Origin: Calditrichales bacterium
Lineage (GTDB): Bacteria; Calditrichota; Calditrichia; Calditrichales; J004
Assembly: GCA_015493745.1 (NCBI GenBank)
Contig: WGCN01000013.1
Location: 10,733 to 74,732 of the forward strand
Length of the DNA stretch: 64,000 nucleotides
Direction of reading: 5' to 3'
Shown here one piece after another: positions 46,917 to 57,311 of this stretch (its first letter is position 1; each line of letters begins with the position of its first letter). The notes under the pieces were generated by a model. It was not told the origin of the DNA and did no database searches. It worked only from the letters and a program-made list of their open reading frames with translations. The translations under genes and the position numbers were made by a program.

Positions 46917-47883
46917 TGGCTTCAATCTCCTTCTGTTTGGATTTTTTACGCTGAACCATAAACAAAAATCCACCAAAAATGGATATGAACATGGGAATGA
47001 TAACGTTCATGAAAGATAGAGAAATCGCACCGGCATTAGCAACACCTACTTTGCTTAAAAAGAAAATATAGCCCCCGTCACGAAAACCGACGCCGTTGAT
47101 CGAGGGCAACATGGTTAAAAGAAAGGTAACCGGAACCACAAGGAAAAGGTAGACCAGTCCCACCTTAAGCTGAAAGGCCCATACCAGGGCCCAATTCATT
47201 AAAACGATTGACGCCTGCGAAAGTACCGAAAGAACAAAAACGGACAAAAGAACGCCGCGTCGGTCTTTTAACATATGTATGGCGCCGATCATTTTATTAA
47301 ACCGCTCCCCGATACGCAGCAGGGTAAAACGGTCGAACAGGCGTAAAAGGAATTTAAAGGGCCGGTCCCGGAACATGAGAACAAAAAAGATGATTATGGC
47401 CACGAAAAGCACTATGGTCATGATCATCAGCCGGCTGTCCCGGTAAAAACGGCTGACATAAAAAAGGGCCAGGATGGACAGGAACAGGGTGGCCGCAATA
47501 CCCAGCAACCGTTCGATAATCACCGAGGAAAAGGCCAGGGTTCGGTCATCGGACTCATCCGCCACCCGGTAAATACGCACGATATCCCCGCCGATACTGG
47601 TTGGCAGAAAGTTGTTAAAAAACATACCGATCAGGTAGATACCGTAAAGACGGGACAGGCCGTATTCCAAGTGAAAGGCTTGCAAAACGATCTGCCAGCG
47701 CCAGGCCAGAAAGCCAACGCTGACAAACCCGGCGATCAGGGCATAGAACAGATAGACCAGGCGATCCTGACTATAGACATTACCCAATACCTGCAATACC
47801 TGCCGCGGATCGGAAATCCAAACCAGATAAGAGAACAGACCCAGCGAAATCCCCACTTTAAGGAGATTCTTGAGTAAACGCAT
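46900..47883 (-). CDS. UPF0104 / lysylphosphatidylglycerol-synthase-TM-like (flippase-like) membrane protein
   Basis: 327 aa with about 8 TM helices. FFNNFLPTSIGGDIVR motif typical of the TIGR00374 family. 3 nt after the DUF2723 gene. Confidence 0.75.
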   Translation of the reverse strand: MRLLKNLLKVGISLGLFSYLVWISDPRQVLQVLGNVYSQDRLVYLFYALIAGFVSVGFLAWRWQIVLQAFHLEYGLSRLYGIYLIGMFFNNFLPTSIGGDIVRIYRVADESDDRTLAFSSVIIERLLGIAATLFLSILALFYVSRFYRDSRLMIMTIVLFVAIIIFFVLMFRDRPFKFLLRLFDRFTLLRIGERFNKMIGAIHMLKDRRGVLLSVFVLSVLSQASIVLMNWALVWAFQLKVGLVYLFLVVPVTFLLTMLPSINGVGFRDGGYIFFLSKVGVANAGAISLSFMNVIIPMFISIFGGFLFMVQRKKSKQKEIEAIEESL

Positions 47884-47886
47884 CCC

Positions 47887-50529
47887 TTAGTTCTTTAATC
47901 GCGATTCCAGTTGGCGTTTCATTTGCAGCGCCGCCCGATCGCCCGGATGGGTTTCCAGCCATTTATCCAAAGCGCCAATGGCTTTATCCAATTGATTGGA
48001 AAGCTCGTAGGCATTTACCAGTAAACCGACGGTTTCCGCGCTGTTGGGGTTGGCTTCGTAGGCTTTTTCCGCCAAACGCGCCGCCTGAGCGGGTTCCTGA
48101 ACATTCATCATCAAAACACGGGCAATACTTAAAATCTTGCGCGGTCGACTTTCCCGGGCCAACACCGTATCCACATAGGAAGAATCCAGCATGATCCTGA
48201 AAGCATCCCGGTAGTCCGTCAACAATGAGCGTCCCCAGGGAATTACCGTCTCGGGTATCTGTTCATCCATATAGTCCAGTAACCGGGCCATTTTTGTTTT
48301 GTCCTGTTCCACACGGGCATAATACTCGGCCAGTTGGATGAATGCCGTACGGTAGTTCTGCAACAGGCTTATGATACTGGGATTGTAATAAACATCCGGG
48401 TCCTGAAAGCGGTAACGGTAAGCCTGCGTCAGGTTGCGTTCGATTCTTTGCGGGTCTATGGCCCAATCCTTGAAAGGAACCACCTTTAAAACCAAACCTT
48501 CCATGCGCATATATTCCGAAAGGCCGCCCACCAGATTGTCCCGGGGGACGGTGGTGGCAAAATATACCGGTTTTTTCCAGCGATTGGCTGTCAAAATATT
48601 CAGAATCATAAAATCCTGAACACGCAGAAAATTGTAAGGCCCGCTGGTAAAAGTGGGCTTGACGCGGAATTTAATTTCCTTGGGCGGAGCCACCGGTATT
48701 CGGCGGAAGGAGGACGCATACTCCTTAAGGGTGCTGTCCGCCACATAGGGAGGTACCTTAAGGGTTACATCCTGTGTTTTCCAGGGCATCAGCGTGATAT
48801 TCTTTATCATATCGTCGCTCATGTTCATCGGCACGCGCGGTTTCAGATCGCGCAGCTGCTCGATGTACCAATCCGTGTTTAACAGACTGAGGTTTACAAT
48901 CCGCACATCGGTGCGCACACCTTCCACCTCCTGCAAATACCACAGGGGAAAGGTGTCATTATCCCCGTTGGTGAACAGGATGGCGTTGGGCTCGCAGGAC
49001 ATTAGCATATTGTAGGAATAGTCCGCCGCCACATAATTGCCGCTGCGGTTATGTGTTTTATAATTCTTGGCCAGCATTTGTATGGGAGAAGCCAACATAA
49101 GAACCACAAAGGTGGCCAGCATGATACCGGAACCGATTTTTTGGGTTTTATCCTTGAACGATTCCCGTATCATCTCCATGATACCGGCAAAGCCCAGCCC
49201 GACCCAAATACTAAAGGCAAAAAAACTGCCCACGTAACTATAGTCCCTCTCCCGCGGTTGCGGATCCGGCTGATTGAGATAGAGAATGATGGCCAGACCG
49301 GTGGCAAAGAACAAGGCCAGTACCGCCAGGGCATGCTTCGGGTCCCCCCGGAAGTGAAAGATCATCCCCAACAGGCCTATCAACAGGGGCAGACCCAGGA
49401 ACTGCCAGTTCCACCGACCGCTTACGGGGTCCATGCCCACAAACTGCCACAGAAAATAGCGGCTATACATTTTATTAACCTGATACTTCCAAAAGAACTC
49501 ATTGACACTGGCATACTGCCTGCCATTGGGGGAAGATTTCCAAATCTGGGTACGGTTAAAGGGACTGCTTTCGCCATACTGTTCGCGGTTGATGTAGCTT
49601 AAAAATTTCTCCGCCGTTTCGGGATTGTTTTCATCAATATTGGGATTCAGGCTGGAACGGATTACAATCATGGCATAGCTGGAGTAACCGATCATGATCA
49701 GCGTCAGGGATAGCATGATAAAACTGAGCAGGTGGCGTTTTTGGGTGACGGCATAATAGGCGCCGGCCAATACCGCGGCAAAAACAATAAACAGCCAGTA
49801 AAAACCGCCACGGGCCACCAGCGGGAGATACTTAACCACCCCCGGATAGATAACGGCCATGATAACCACCGTTATCACGGTCATAATAATAAAGTTTTTG
49901 GTGTTGAACTCATAGCGCTTATAAAAATAGATCATGGCCACAAAGGGGATGGCCAGCACATTCAGCAAATGCACCGAAATGGCCAGACCCACCAGATAGG
50001 CTATCATCAACAGATATTTCTCGTTGTTTTCTTCTTCGGATTTTTCCGCCCATAACAGGGAGAGCCACACCAGCAGGGCCGTGAAAAGCATCGAGGCGGC
50101 ATAGACTTCCGCTTCCGCGGAATTAAACCAGAAACTGTGGGTAAAAGCAAACGTGAGCGAACCGATTATACCGGAAAAAATGGCGGTTTGCCAATCCTCG
50201 GTGGATTCCAGCTTGCCGCCTTTCCACTCACGCACCAGTTGCACGATGGAAAGATAAAGGAACATAATGGTCAGGGCGCTGGAGATCACGGAAATCATAT
50301 TAACACGGAAAGCCACATCACCGGGGATGGGCAGCATACTGAAGACCCGTCCCACCAGCAGAAAAAGAGGCGATCCCGGCGGGTGGGGCACGGCCATCCT
50401 GAAGGCGGTGGCGATAAACTCTCCACAATCCCAAAAGGAAACGGTCGGCGCCACGGTCATGGTATAAATCACCAGCGTAAAAAGCAGGATCAGACCCGCT
50501 ACAATTCGGTTCGTTTTAATCCAGTCCAT
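47887..50529 (-). CDS. DUF2723-family GT-C-fold glycosyltransferase (TMEM260/PMT-like) with C-terminal TPR region
   Basis: 880 aa. N-terminal SFWDCGEFIATAFRMAVPHPPGSPLF motif. About 11 TM helices in the first ~480 aa. Soluble C-terminal half ends in TPR-like helices. Confidence 0.8.
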   Translation of the reverse strand: MDWIKTNRIVAGLILLFTLVIYTMTVAPTVSFWDCGEFIATAFRMAVPHPPGSPLFLLVGRVFSMLPIPGDVAFRVNMISVISSALTIMFLYLSIVQLVREWKGGKLESTEDWQTAIFSGIIGSLTFAFTHSFWFNSAEAEVYAASMLFTALLVWLSLLWAEKSEEENNEKYLLMIAYLVGLAISVHLLNVLAIPFVAMIYFYKRYEFNTKNFIIMTVITVVIMAVIYPGVVKYLPLVARGGFYWLFIVFAAVLAGAYYAVTQKRHLLSFIMLSLTLIMIGYSSYAMIVIRSSLNPNIDENNPETAEKFLSYINREQYGESSPFNRTQIWKSSPNGRQYASVNEFFWKYQVNKMYSRYFLWQFVGMDPVSGRWNWQFLGLPLLIGLLGMIFHFRGDPKHALAVLALFFATGLAIILYLNQPDPQPRERDYSYVGSFFAFSIWVGLGFAGIMEMIRESFKDKTQKIGSGIMLATFVVLMLASPIQMLAKNYKTHNRSGNYVAADYSYNMLMSCEPNAILFTNGDNDTFPLWYLQEVEGVRTDVRIVNLSLLNTDWYIEQLRDLKPRVPMNMSDDMIKNITLMPWKTQDVTLKVPPYVADSTLKEYASSFRRIPVAPPKEIKFRVKPTFTSGPYNFLRVQDFMILNILTANRWKKPVYFATTVPRDNLVGGLSEYMRMEGLVLKVVPFKDWAIDPQRIERNLTQAYRYRFQDPDVYYNPSIISLLQNYRTAFIQLAEYYARVEQDKTKMARLLDYMDEQIPETVIPWGRSLLTDYRDAFRIMLDSSYVDTVLARESRPRKILSIARVLMMNVQEPAQAARLAEKAYEANPNSAETVGLLVNAYELSNQLDKAIGALDKWLETHPGDRAALQMKRQLESRLKN

Positions 50530-50618
50530 AAAGAATGTATTCCCAATTAACGTTTAAAAGTAAGCAAGCACGGAAAGTAGTAAATCCATAGAACCATATC
50601 AAGCTAAAAACAGTTCCG

Positions 50619-50646
50619 TAAATATTTGAAAATCCGGGGATGTCAA
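50619..50646 (-). promoter_or_regulatory. candidate sigma70-type promoter (TTGACA, 16 nt, TATTTA) upstream of the DUF2723 gene
   Basis: -35 at 50641-50646 and -10 at 50619-50624, about 90 nt upstream of ATG 50529. Confidence 0.4.
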
Positions 50647-50713
50647 TACAAAAAACCGCTGCCTGATATATTCTGTCCGGGGCTATTATCCCTTTCCCTT
50701 TTCTATTTTGTAT

Positions 50714-51763
50714 TTAGTTTTTTTCCCGGCGAAAGCTTTTGATACAGCGGTAGGGCATCATTTTGCGCACAAAGTGATCGATAACCACGCTGCCGGGATA
50801 CATGTTGCGGATAATGGCGCTATCGCTGACCCTGCGCCCGGACTGTACCGCCCTTCTCTTCCGCCAGATAAAAACCGGATGGGTAAACACAAACAGCAGG
50901 GCATCGAGCACCGCGCGGGAACGTTTACCGTCCCACATCAGGATATCGGCCAAAACCGTGGCCATTTCAAAAAGGACACGAACGGGAAAAAAGAGTATCA
51001 GAGACCGCAGGGCATAGTTTTTCAGCATCATTATCAGATTGTTACGGTGGTTCAGATACATTTTACGCTGGTTATCGCTGCGCAGGGTGTATCCGGAGTA
51101 GTGATAGATATGGGTGTCGTAACACACCACATTGCGGTAACCGGCCAGCTGGGCCCGCCAATTCCAGTCGATTTCTTCCTGGTGGGCAAAAAAATCTTCA
51201 TCCAGCAGGCCGATTTCATCAGCGACCGTTTTGCGCAACAACAATGCGCAACCGGAAGTCCAGAACACCTGTCCTTCCATGTTGTCATACTGCCGCCGGT
51301 CTTTTTCCACCGTGTCAAATATGCGTCCGCGGGCAAAGGGATAGCCAAACCAGTCCATTTCCCCCCCGGCGCCGCCGGAATAATCAAAGTAGTCATGATC
51401 CTGTATGGAAATGATTTTGGGTTGCACGGCACCAATCGTCTTATCGGCATGAATGGTGTTATACATCTCCCGCAAAAAATTCTCCGGCATGACCGTATCG
51501 TTGTTTAACAACAAAACAAAAGGAGAGGCGGCCATTTCCAGGCCCTGATTACAGGCCCCGGCATAGCCCTTATTCTCGCTGTTTTCAATCAACCGCACCT
51601 GCGGATAATTGCGGCGCACAAAGTCCGGGCTGCCGTCGGTGGAGCCGTTATCGATTAACAGAGTCTCAAAATCCTTAAAACTGTTCCGGTACAGGGAATC
51701 CAGACAGTCTTTTAGAATGTCGATGCCGTTATAATGGGGAATTACAATGGTTATACTTGCCAC
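50714..51763 (-). CDS. family 2 glycosyltransferase
   Basis: 349 aa. GTG start. TIVIPHYNG, IDNGSTDGS, LLNNDT (DxD-like). Confidence 0.85.
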   Translation of the reverse strand: MASITIVIPHYNGIDILKDCLDSLYRNSFKDFETLLIDNGSTDGSPDFVRRNYPQVRLIENSENKGYAGACNQGLEMAASPFVLLLNNDTVMPENFLREMYNTIHADKTIGAVQPKIISIQDHDYFDYSGGAGGEMDWFGYPFARGRIFDTVEKDRRQYDNMEGQVFWTSGCALLLRKTVADEIGLLDEDFFAHQEEIDWNWRAQLAGYRNVVCYDTHIYHYSGYTLRSDNQRKMYLNHRNNLIMMLKNYALRSLILFFPVRVLFEMATVLADILMWDGKRSRAVLDALLFVFTHPVFIWRKRRAVQSGRRVSDSAIIRNMYPGSVVIDHFVRKMMPYRCIKSFRREKN

Positions 51764-51773
51764 GGATTTTCCA

Positions 51774-53867
51774 TCAGCTAATGTTAAAAATTTTAATTTT
51801 TTCCTTATATTCCGCCGCCACCTTTTTTCTCAACGCCTTATGCTGTTCGTGACGCAGGTGGGGATCATTTTTCACCAAGCGGAAGGCATCCCGCCGGGCA
51901 TTTTCCAGCACCTCCCGGTCGCGGATGGGATTGGCCACATTAAAAGCGGGCATCCCGCTTTGCCGGGTACCGAAAAAATCCCCCCAGCCGCGCAACTCCA
52001 GATCTTTTTCGGCAATAACAAAACCGTCGTTGGTCTCGGTCATAATGCGTATGCGCTCACGGGCAATCTCTCCGATATTGTAGGGGGTCTTCAGGATGCA
52101 ATAGGATTGCAGACCGCTGCGCCCCACTCTTCCGCGCAGTTGATGCAGTTGCGCCAGGCCGAAGCGCTCGGCATGCTCGATCACCATGATCGTGGCCTGC
52201 GGCACATCCACCCCCACCTCGATAACCGTGGTGGCCACCAGCACATCCGTTTCCCCGGCGTTAAACTTTCGCATCACCTCTTCCTTTTCGGCGCTCTTCA
52301 TCCGGCCATGCAACAAGCCGACCCGCGCGCTTTTCAGGGGGCCTTCCCGCAAGAACTCAAAGGCCTCCGCCGCCGCCTTTAAATCCAGCTTTTCACTTTC
52401 CTCCACCAGCGGATAAACGATATAGGCCTGTTCACCGGCCCGCACCCGCTCCAGAATGAACTGATATAACTTCCCGGCCTGATTGTCATAACGCCAAACG
52501 GTGCGTATGGGTTTGCGGCTTTTGGGCAACTCATCCATAATGGAAACATCCAGCGAGCCATAGGCCGTCATGGCCAGGGTACGGGGAATGGGCGTGGCGG
52601 TCATGACCAGGGTATCCACTTCCCGCCCCTTATACATCAAAGCGCCACGCTGCATCACCCCAAAGCGATGCTGCTCATCGATGATCACCAAACCAAGGCG
52701 GGCAAACTCAACGGTCTCCTGAGATACGGCATGGGTCCCCACCACAAAAAGAGGTTGCTCCGTCCGGATTTGCGCCAGAATCTCATTACGCACCCGGCTG
52801 CCTTGTCCGCCCACGAGCAACAGCACGTTTACGTCAAAGGGCTCCAGCATACGGCGGATGCTCAGATAGTGCTGTTCGGCCAGTATCTCCGTCGGGGCCA
52901 TCATGGCCACCTGAAAGCCGTTATCCAGCGCCGTCAGGGCCGCCATCAGAGCCACCAGGGTTTTACCGGCCCCCACATCGCCCTGCAACAGGCGGTTCAT
53001 GCTTTTTTCCCGGCGCATGTCCTCCCGTATTTCGCGGATGACACGCTTTTGGGCGCCGGTCAACTCGAAGGGCAGGGCCTCATACAGTTGTTTTAGTTTC
53101 CGGCTGGGCCGGACAAAGGCGATGCCTTTCGGTTTTTCACCGGCATGCTTTTTATGCAGGGCAAACAAAATCTGCAGGAAGAAAAATTCTTCATAAATAA
53201 AACGGTCGCGGGCGGCATCCAGCGTGCGGGCATCCTGCGGAAGATGCATATTTTTATAAGCGGCATCGAGATCCGGGAACCCGTAGTGTGTCCTTATCTC
53301 CTCCGGCAGATGCTCGTCAAAGCTCAACAGCTTTTTTTCAAAGATTTGTTTAAACAAACGGCGAAAGGTATGGGTATTGATACCCGCCTTTTTAAAATCC
53401 TCGCTGCCGGGATAGAGCGGAATGATGACCCCCGTCTTCTGAATGGCATCCAGATCCAGCTCCCCCAGCCGGTCATAGTCGGGATGGCTCATGGAGTAAC
53501 CCCGGAAAAAGGAGACCTTGCCGGACAGGGAGACCCACTCGCCGATGGTAAACAGGTTCTTGAAAAAATTGATGGAATTAAACCACACCGCCTCGACAAA
53601 CCCAAAACCATCGCTGACGGTAATACTGAAAAAGGGTCTACGCCCGCGCCGGATACCGGCCGATTCCACCTTGCCGATAACCGTCGCCTCCTGGTTTTCC
53701 TGCAGGGCATCCATGCGTACAATATTCCGGCGGTCGATATAGCGTCGGGGGAAAAAGTGGAGCAGTTGCCTCAGATCGTCCAGGCCGTGTTTGGCCAGCA
53801 CCTCCGCCCGGCGCGGGCCGATTCCTTTAAAATAGGTTATATCAAAGGGTTCATAGGAAATACTCAT
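51774..53867 (-). CDS. recG: ATP-dependent DNA helicase RecG
   Basis: 697 aa. Wedge-domain N-terminus, GDVGAGKT, DEQHRFG, QLRGRVGR. Confidence 0.95.
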   Translation of the reverse strand: MSISYEPFDITYFKGIGPRRAEVLAKHGLDDLRQLLHFFPRRYIDRRNIVRMDALQENQEATVIGKVESAGIRRGRRPFFSITVSDGFGFVEAVWFNSINFFKNLFTIGEWVSLSGKVSFFRGYSMSHPDYDRLGELDLDAIQKTGVIIPLYPGSEDFKKAGINTHTFRRLFKQIFEKKLLSFDEHLPEEIRTHYGFPDLDAAYKNMHLPQDARTLDAARDRFIYEEFFFLQILFALHKKHAGEKPKGIAFVRPSRKLKQLYEALPFELTGAQKRVIREIREDMRREKSMNRLLQGDVGAGKTLVALMAALTALDNGFQVAMMAPTEILAEQHYLSIRRMLEPFDVNVLLLVGGQGSRVRNEILAQIRTEQPLFVVGTHAVSQETVEFARLGLVIIDEQHRFGVMQRGALMYKGREVDTLVMTATPIPRTLAMTAYGSLDVSIMDELPKSRKPIRTVWRYDNQAGKLYQFILERVRAGEQAYIVYPLVEESEKLDLKAAAEAFEFLREGPLKSARVGLLHGRMKSAEKEEVMRKFNAGETDVLVATTVIEVGVDVPQATIMVIEHAERFGLAQLHQLRGRVGRSGLQSYCILKTPYNIGEIARERIRIMTETNDGFVIAEKDLELRGWGDFFGTRQSGMPAFNVANPIRDREVLENARRDAFRLVKNDPHLRHEQHKALRKKVAAEYKEKIKIFNIS

Positions 53868-54568
53868 CAGGACTTAGGGCGGCCCGCCAACTGCTGGCCG
53901 GAAATGATGCCATCATCCATGGTAATCAACCGATGGGCGTTTTCGGCCATATGTTCATTGTGCGTTACAATTAACAAGGTTTGGCCCAATTCACGGTTCA
54001 GCTCCAGCAACAGGTGATACAGCGCCTCTCCGCTTAACTTATCCAGATTGCCGGTGGGCTCATCCGCCAGCACGATCTGCGGTTTGTTGATCAGGGCCCG
54101 GGCCACGGCCACCCGCTGGCGTTCCCCGCCGGAAAGCTCGCGCGGTTTGTGGCTCATTCTGTCTTTAAGGCCAACCCGTTCCAGCAACTCCAGGGCATAC
54201 GCTTTATCGGCATTTTTTTCATCCCGGATCATGGAAGGGATAAGAACGTTTTCCAGGGCCGAAAATTCCGGCAATAAATGATGGAACTGAAAAACAAAAC
54301 CGATGGTGTCATTACGCATGTGCGCCATACCCGGTTTGTCCAGTTCCGAGACATCCTGTCCGCGGATCCATAAACGGCCGCTATCGCTGCGATCCAGCAT
54401 ACCCACGATATGCAGCAAAGTGCTTTTGCCCACACCCGAGGGGCCCATGATCACCGCCACTTCACCGCTACGCACTTCCAGGTTGACGCCTTTAAGCACC
54501 TCCACCTTTTGCGGACCGCTTTGGTAGCTTTTATACACATTCTCGGTTTTTACAGCAAATTCAGACAT
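53867..54568 (-). CDS. lolD: lipoprotein-releasing ABC transporter ATP-binding protein
   Basis: 233 aa. GPSGVGKST, LSGGERQRVAVARAL, LADEPTGNLD. The stop overlaps the recG start. Confidence 0.9.
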   Translation of the reverse strand: MSEFAVKTENVYKSYQSGPQKVEVLKGVNLEVRSGEVAVIMGPSGVGKSTLLHIVGMLDRSDSGRLWIRGQDVSELDKPGMAHMRNDTIGFVFQFHHLLPEFSALENVLIPSMIRDEKNADKAYALELLERVGLKDRMSHKPRELSGGERQRVAVARALINKPQIVLADEPTGNLDKLSGEALYHLLLELNRELGQTLLIVTHNEHMAENAHRLITMDDGIISGQQLAGRPKS

Positions 54569-54571
54569 AAA

Positions 54572-55804
54572 CTACTCATATCGTATGGCCTCTACCGGCT
54601 CCAGTTGCGAAGCTTTATAGGCGGGGTAAACGGATGACAGAAGACTCAGTATCAGGGCAATCGATGCGATGTAGACAAAATCCGGCCACTCCAATTCCAC
54701 GGGAAAGGCATTGATCAGGTAAACATCCGACGGCAGGGTGAACACTTCGAACTTGATTTGAATGATGGCGATCAGATAACCGACAAAGCTGCCGATGGCC
54801 GTACCGGTCAATCCCACATAAATGCCTTCATACATAAAAATGCGCATTATCTGTTTGGAAGTGGCCCCCATCGCTTTCAGAATACCGATCTCCCGGGTTT
54901 TATCCATCACCAGCATCACCAGTGAGCTGACGATATTAAAAGCCGCCACCATGATGATCAGGCTCAGGATAACCATGGCGATCCATTTCTCGATTTCCAT
55001 CCAGGAGAAGAGGGATTTATGCATTTCGAACCAGGTCATCGACACATAGGGATAACCGAGGGTTTCCGTAATCTCCTTGCCGACCGCCGCCGCTTTTTTA
55101 TAATCATCCAGCTTTATCTCCAGCCAGGTGGCCCCCGGCATGTTAAACAGCTCCTGCCCATCCTTTAGCGAGATAAAGGAGAATACTTTGTCATACTCGT
55201 AATAACCGAACTCCACCAGTCCGGCCACATAAAACTGCATCACGCGCGGTTGGGCAAAAAAGCCCCCCTGTTCCGGCATGTAGCCGATGGAGACAATGTC
55301 ACCGATATTCAGCGCCAACAGTTCATCGGCCAAAAATTTGCCCAGGATGATACCCGGCATTTCATGGCCGTTTATTATCCGCGGCGAGAAATCCAGCTCG
55401 CCGTAGATGATTTTATTCCTTATCTCCGTTACATCATCGGCGGTATTGATATCGATGGCTTTGATGGCCGTGGGACGTTGTTTTGTTTTGGATTTGATCA
55501 CCCCTTCCGAATAGATGGTCGGCGTAACCGCCAGCACATGTTTATTCTTACGGATGATGTTCATCACCGAATCGGGCCTGGCGATATTTTCGGTAAAGTA
55601 TTTCCGCACCCGCAGATGGGCATCGGCGCCGATAAGCCGGGTACGTACCTCTTTTTCAAAACCGTTTTCCACGGACAGGGTTAACACCAGCGCCATCACC
55701 CCAATGGCGATGCCGGCTATGGAAACATAGGTGATGATGGATATAAAACCCGTTTTACGCTTGGCCCGCAGATAGCGTCGGGCTATAAATGATTCTATGG
55801 ACAT
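54572..55804 (-). CDS. lolC: lipoprotein-releasing ABC transporter permease (LolC/E family)
   Basis: Internal ATG 55804 (MSIESFIARRYLRAKRK). MacB-PCD periplasmic domain plus FtsX C-terminus. The track start at 55846 overlaps lysS. Confidence 0.9.
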   Translation of the reverse strand: MSIESFIARRYLRAKRKTGFISIITYVSIAGIAIGVMALVLTLSVENGFEKEVRTRLIGADAHLRVRKYFTENIARPDSVMNIIRKNKHVLAVTPTIYSEGVIKSKTKQRPTAIKAIDINTADDVTEIRNKIIYGELDFSPRIINGHEMPGIILGKFLADELLALNIGDIVSIGYMPEQGGFFAQPRVMQFYVAGLVEFGYYEYDKVFSFISLKDGQELFNMPGATWLEIKLDDYKKAAAVGKEITETLGYPYVSMTWFEMHKSLFSWMEIEKWIAMVILSLIIMVAAFNIVSSLVMLVMDKTREIGILKAMGATSKQIMRIFMYEGIYVGLTGTAIGSFVGYLIAIIQIKFEVFTLPSDVYLINAFPVELEWPDFVYIASIALILSLLSSVYPAYKASQLEPVEAIRYE

Positions 55805-55805
55805 A

Positions 55806-57299
55806 TTATTTGCTTTCCGGTCGCATTTGCGGGAAGAAGAGTACATCCCGGATGCTGGATTGATTGGTCATCAGCATGGTCAGGCGATCTATGCCGATCC
55901 CCAGGCCCGCCGTCGGGGGCATGCCGTATTCAATGGCCCGCAGAAAATCCTCATCGAGAACCTGCGCCTCTTCATCCCCGCGGTCACGTAATTTCATCTG
56001 ATCTTCAAAGCGCCGGCGCTGATCGATCGGATCATTGAGCTCACTAAAGGAGTTCCCGATCTCCTTGCCGCCGATAATCGGTTCAAACCGCTCCACCAAA
56101 CCGGGTTTGGAACGGTGTTTTTTTGCCAAAGGCGACATCTCCACCGGATGATCGATGATGAAGACGGGCTGGATCAGTTTTGGTTCCACATATTCACCGA
56201 AGATTTCATCAACGATTTTGGCGGCTCCCATATCGGGGGAAAGCTCGACATTAAGCTCTTCGGCGATCTTTCTCAACTTCGCCTCATCCAGGGAAGAAAC
56301 ATCCTTGCCGGTATATTTTTCTATGGCTTCCAGAATGGGCAGGCGCGTCCAGGGTGGCGCCAGGTCGATCTGATGACCGGCAAACTCTATTTTAGACGTA
56401 CCATGCACCTCCATGGCGATGTGATTGAACATCTGCTCCACAAACTCCATCATCCAGTTATAATCCTTATAGGCCACATACAGCTCCACCTGGGTAAATT
56501 CCGGGTTATGAAAGCGGTCGATGCCTTCATTGCGGAAATCCTTGGCAAATTCATAAACCCGGTCAAAGCCGCCCACGATCAGCCGTTTCAGATAAAGCTC
56601 ATTGGCGATCCGCAGATAGAGCGTCATATCCAATGTGTTGTGATGGGTTTTAAACGGACGCGCCGCCGCCCCGCCATAGATGGGCTGCAAAACCGGCGTT
56701 TCCACCTCCAGGAAGTCATGCTTGTTTAAAAAATCACGCATGGCGGTTATAATTTTGGAACGCTTCACAAAAACATCCTTGACATGCGGATTGACCACCA
56801 GATCCACATAACGCTGGCGATAGCGCAGTTCCTTATCCGCAAACTGATCATAAATGATTTTTTTACCATCCTCGATCTTTTCCTTGGCAATGGGCAGGGG
56901 ACGAATGGACTTGGATAGCAGTTCCAGAGAAGAAGCAAACACGGACACTTCACCGGTTTTTGTTTTCTTTACCGTACCCTTTACGCCGATAAAGTCGCCG
57001 ATATCCAGGCTTTTAAACAAGGCATAGCGGTCGGTCCCCACAACGTCCCGGGCGATATAGAGCTGAATGCGCCCCTGCATATCCTGAATATGGCAAAAAC
57101 TGGCCTTACCCATTTTACGCACGGCCATGATGCGTCCGCTTACGGCAACTTCCTTACCCTCCAGTTGCTCAAAGTTCGCCACAACTTCAGCCGACTGATG
57201 GCTGCGATCGAAGGAATAGGGATAGGGATTGATTCCCTCGTCATAAAGCTGTTGCAGTTTTTCTTTTCTTACTTTTACAAGTTGATTGACATCTTCCAC
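55806..57299 (-). CDS. lysS: lysine--tRNA ligase (class II)
   Basis: 497 aa. GTG start with GGAG 7 nt upstream. [14 protein letters not shown]. 12 nt after prfB, the same prfB-lysS order as in E. coli. Confidence 0.95.
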   Translation of the reverse strand: MEDVNQLVKVRKEKLQQLYDEGINPYPYSFDRSHQSAEVVANFEQLEGKEVAVSGRIMAVRKMGKASFCHIQDMQGRIQLYIARDVVGTDRYALFKSLDIGDFIGVKGTVKKTKTGEVSVFASSLELLSKSIRPLPIAKEKIEDGKKIIYDQFADKELRYRQRYVDLVVNPHVKDVFVKRSKIITAMRDFLNKHDFLEVETPVLQPIYGGAAARPFKTHHNTLDMTLYLRIANELYLKRLIVGGFDRVYEFAKDFRNEGIDRFHNPEFTQVELYVAYKDYNWMMEFVEQMFNHIAMEVHGTSKIEFAGHQIDLAPPWTRLPILEAIEKYTGKDVSSLDEAKLRKIAEELNVELSPDMGAAKIVDEIFGEYVEPKLIQPVFIIDHPVEMSPLAKKHRSKPGLVERFEPIIGGKEIGNSFSELNDPIDQRRRFEDQMKLRDRGDEEAQVLDEDFLRAIEYGMPPTAGLGIGIDRLTMLMTNQSSIRDVLFFPQMRPESK

Positions 57300-57311
57300 T
57301 TTTTACTCCAC

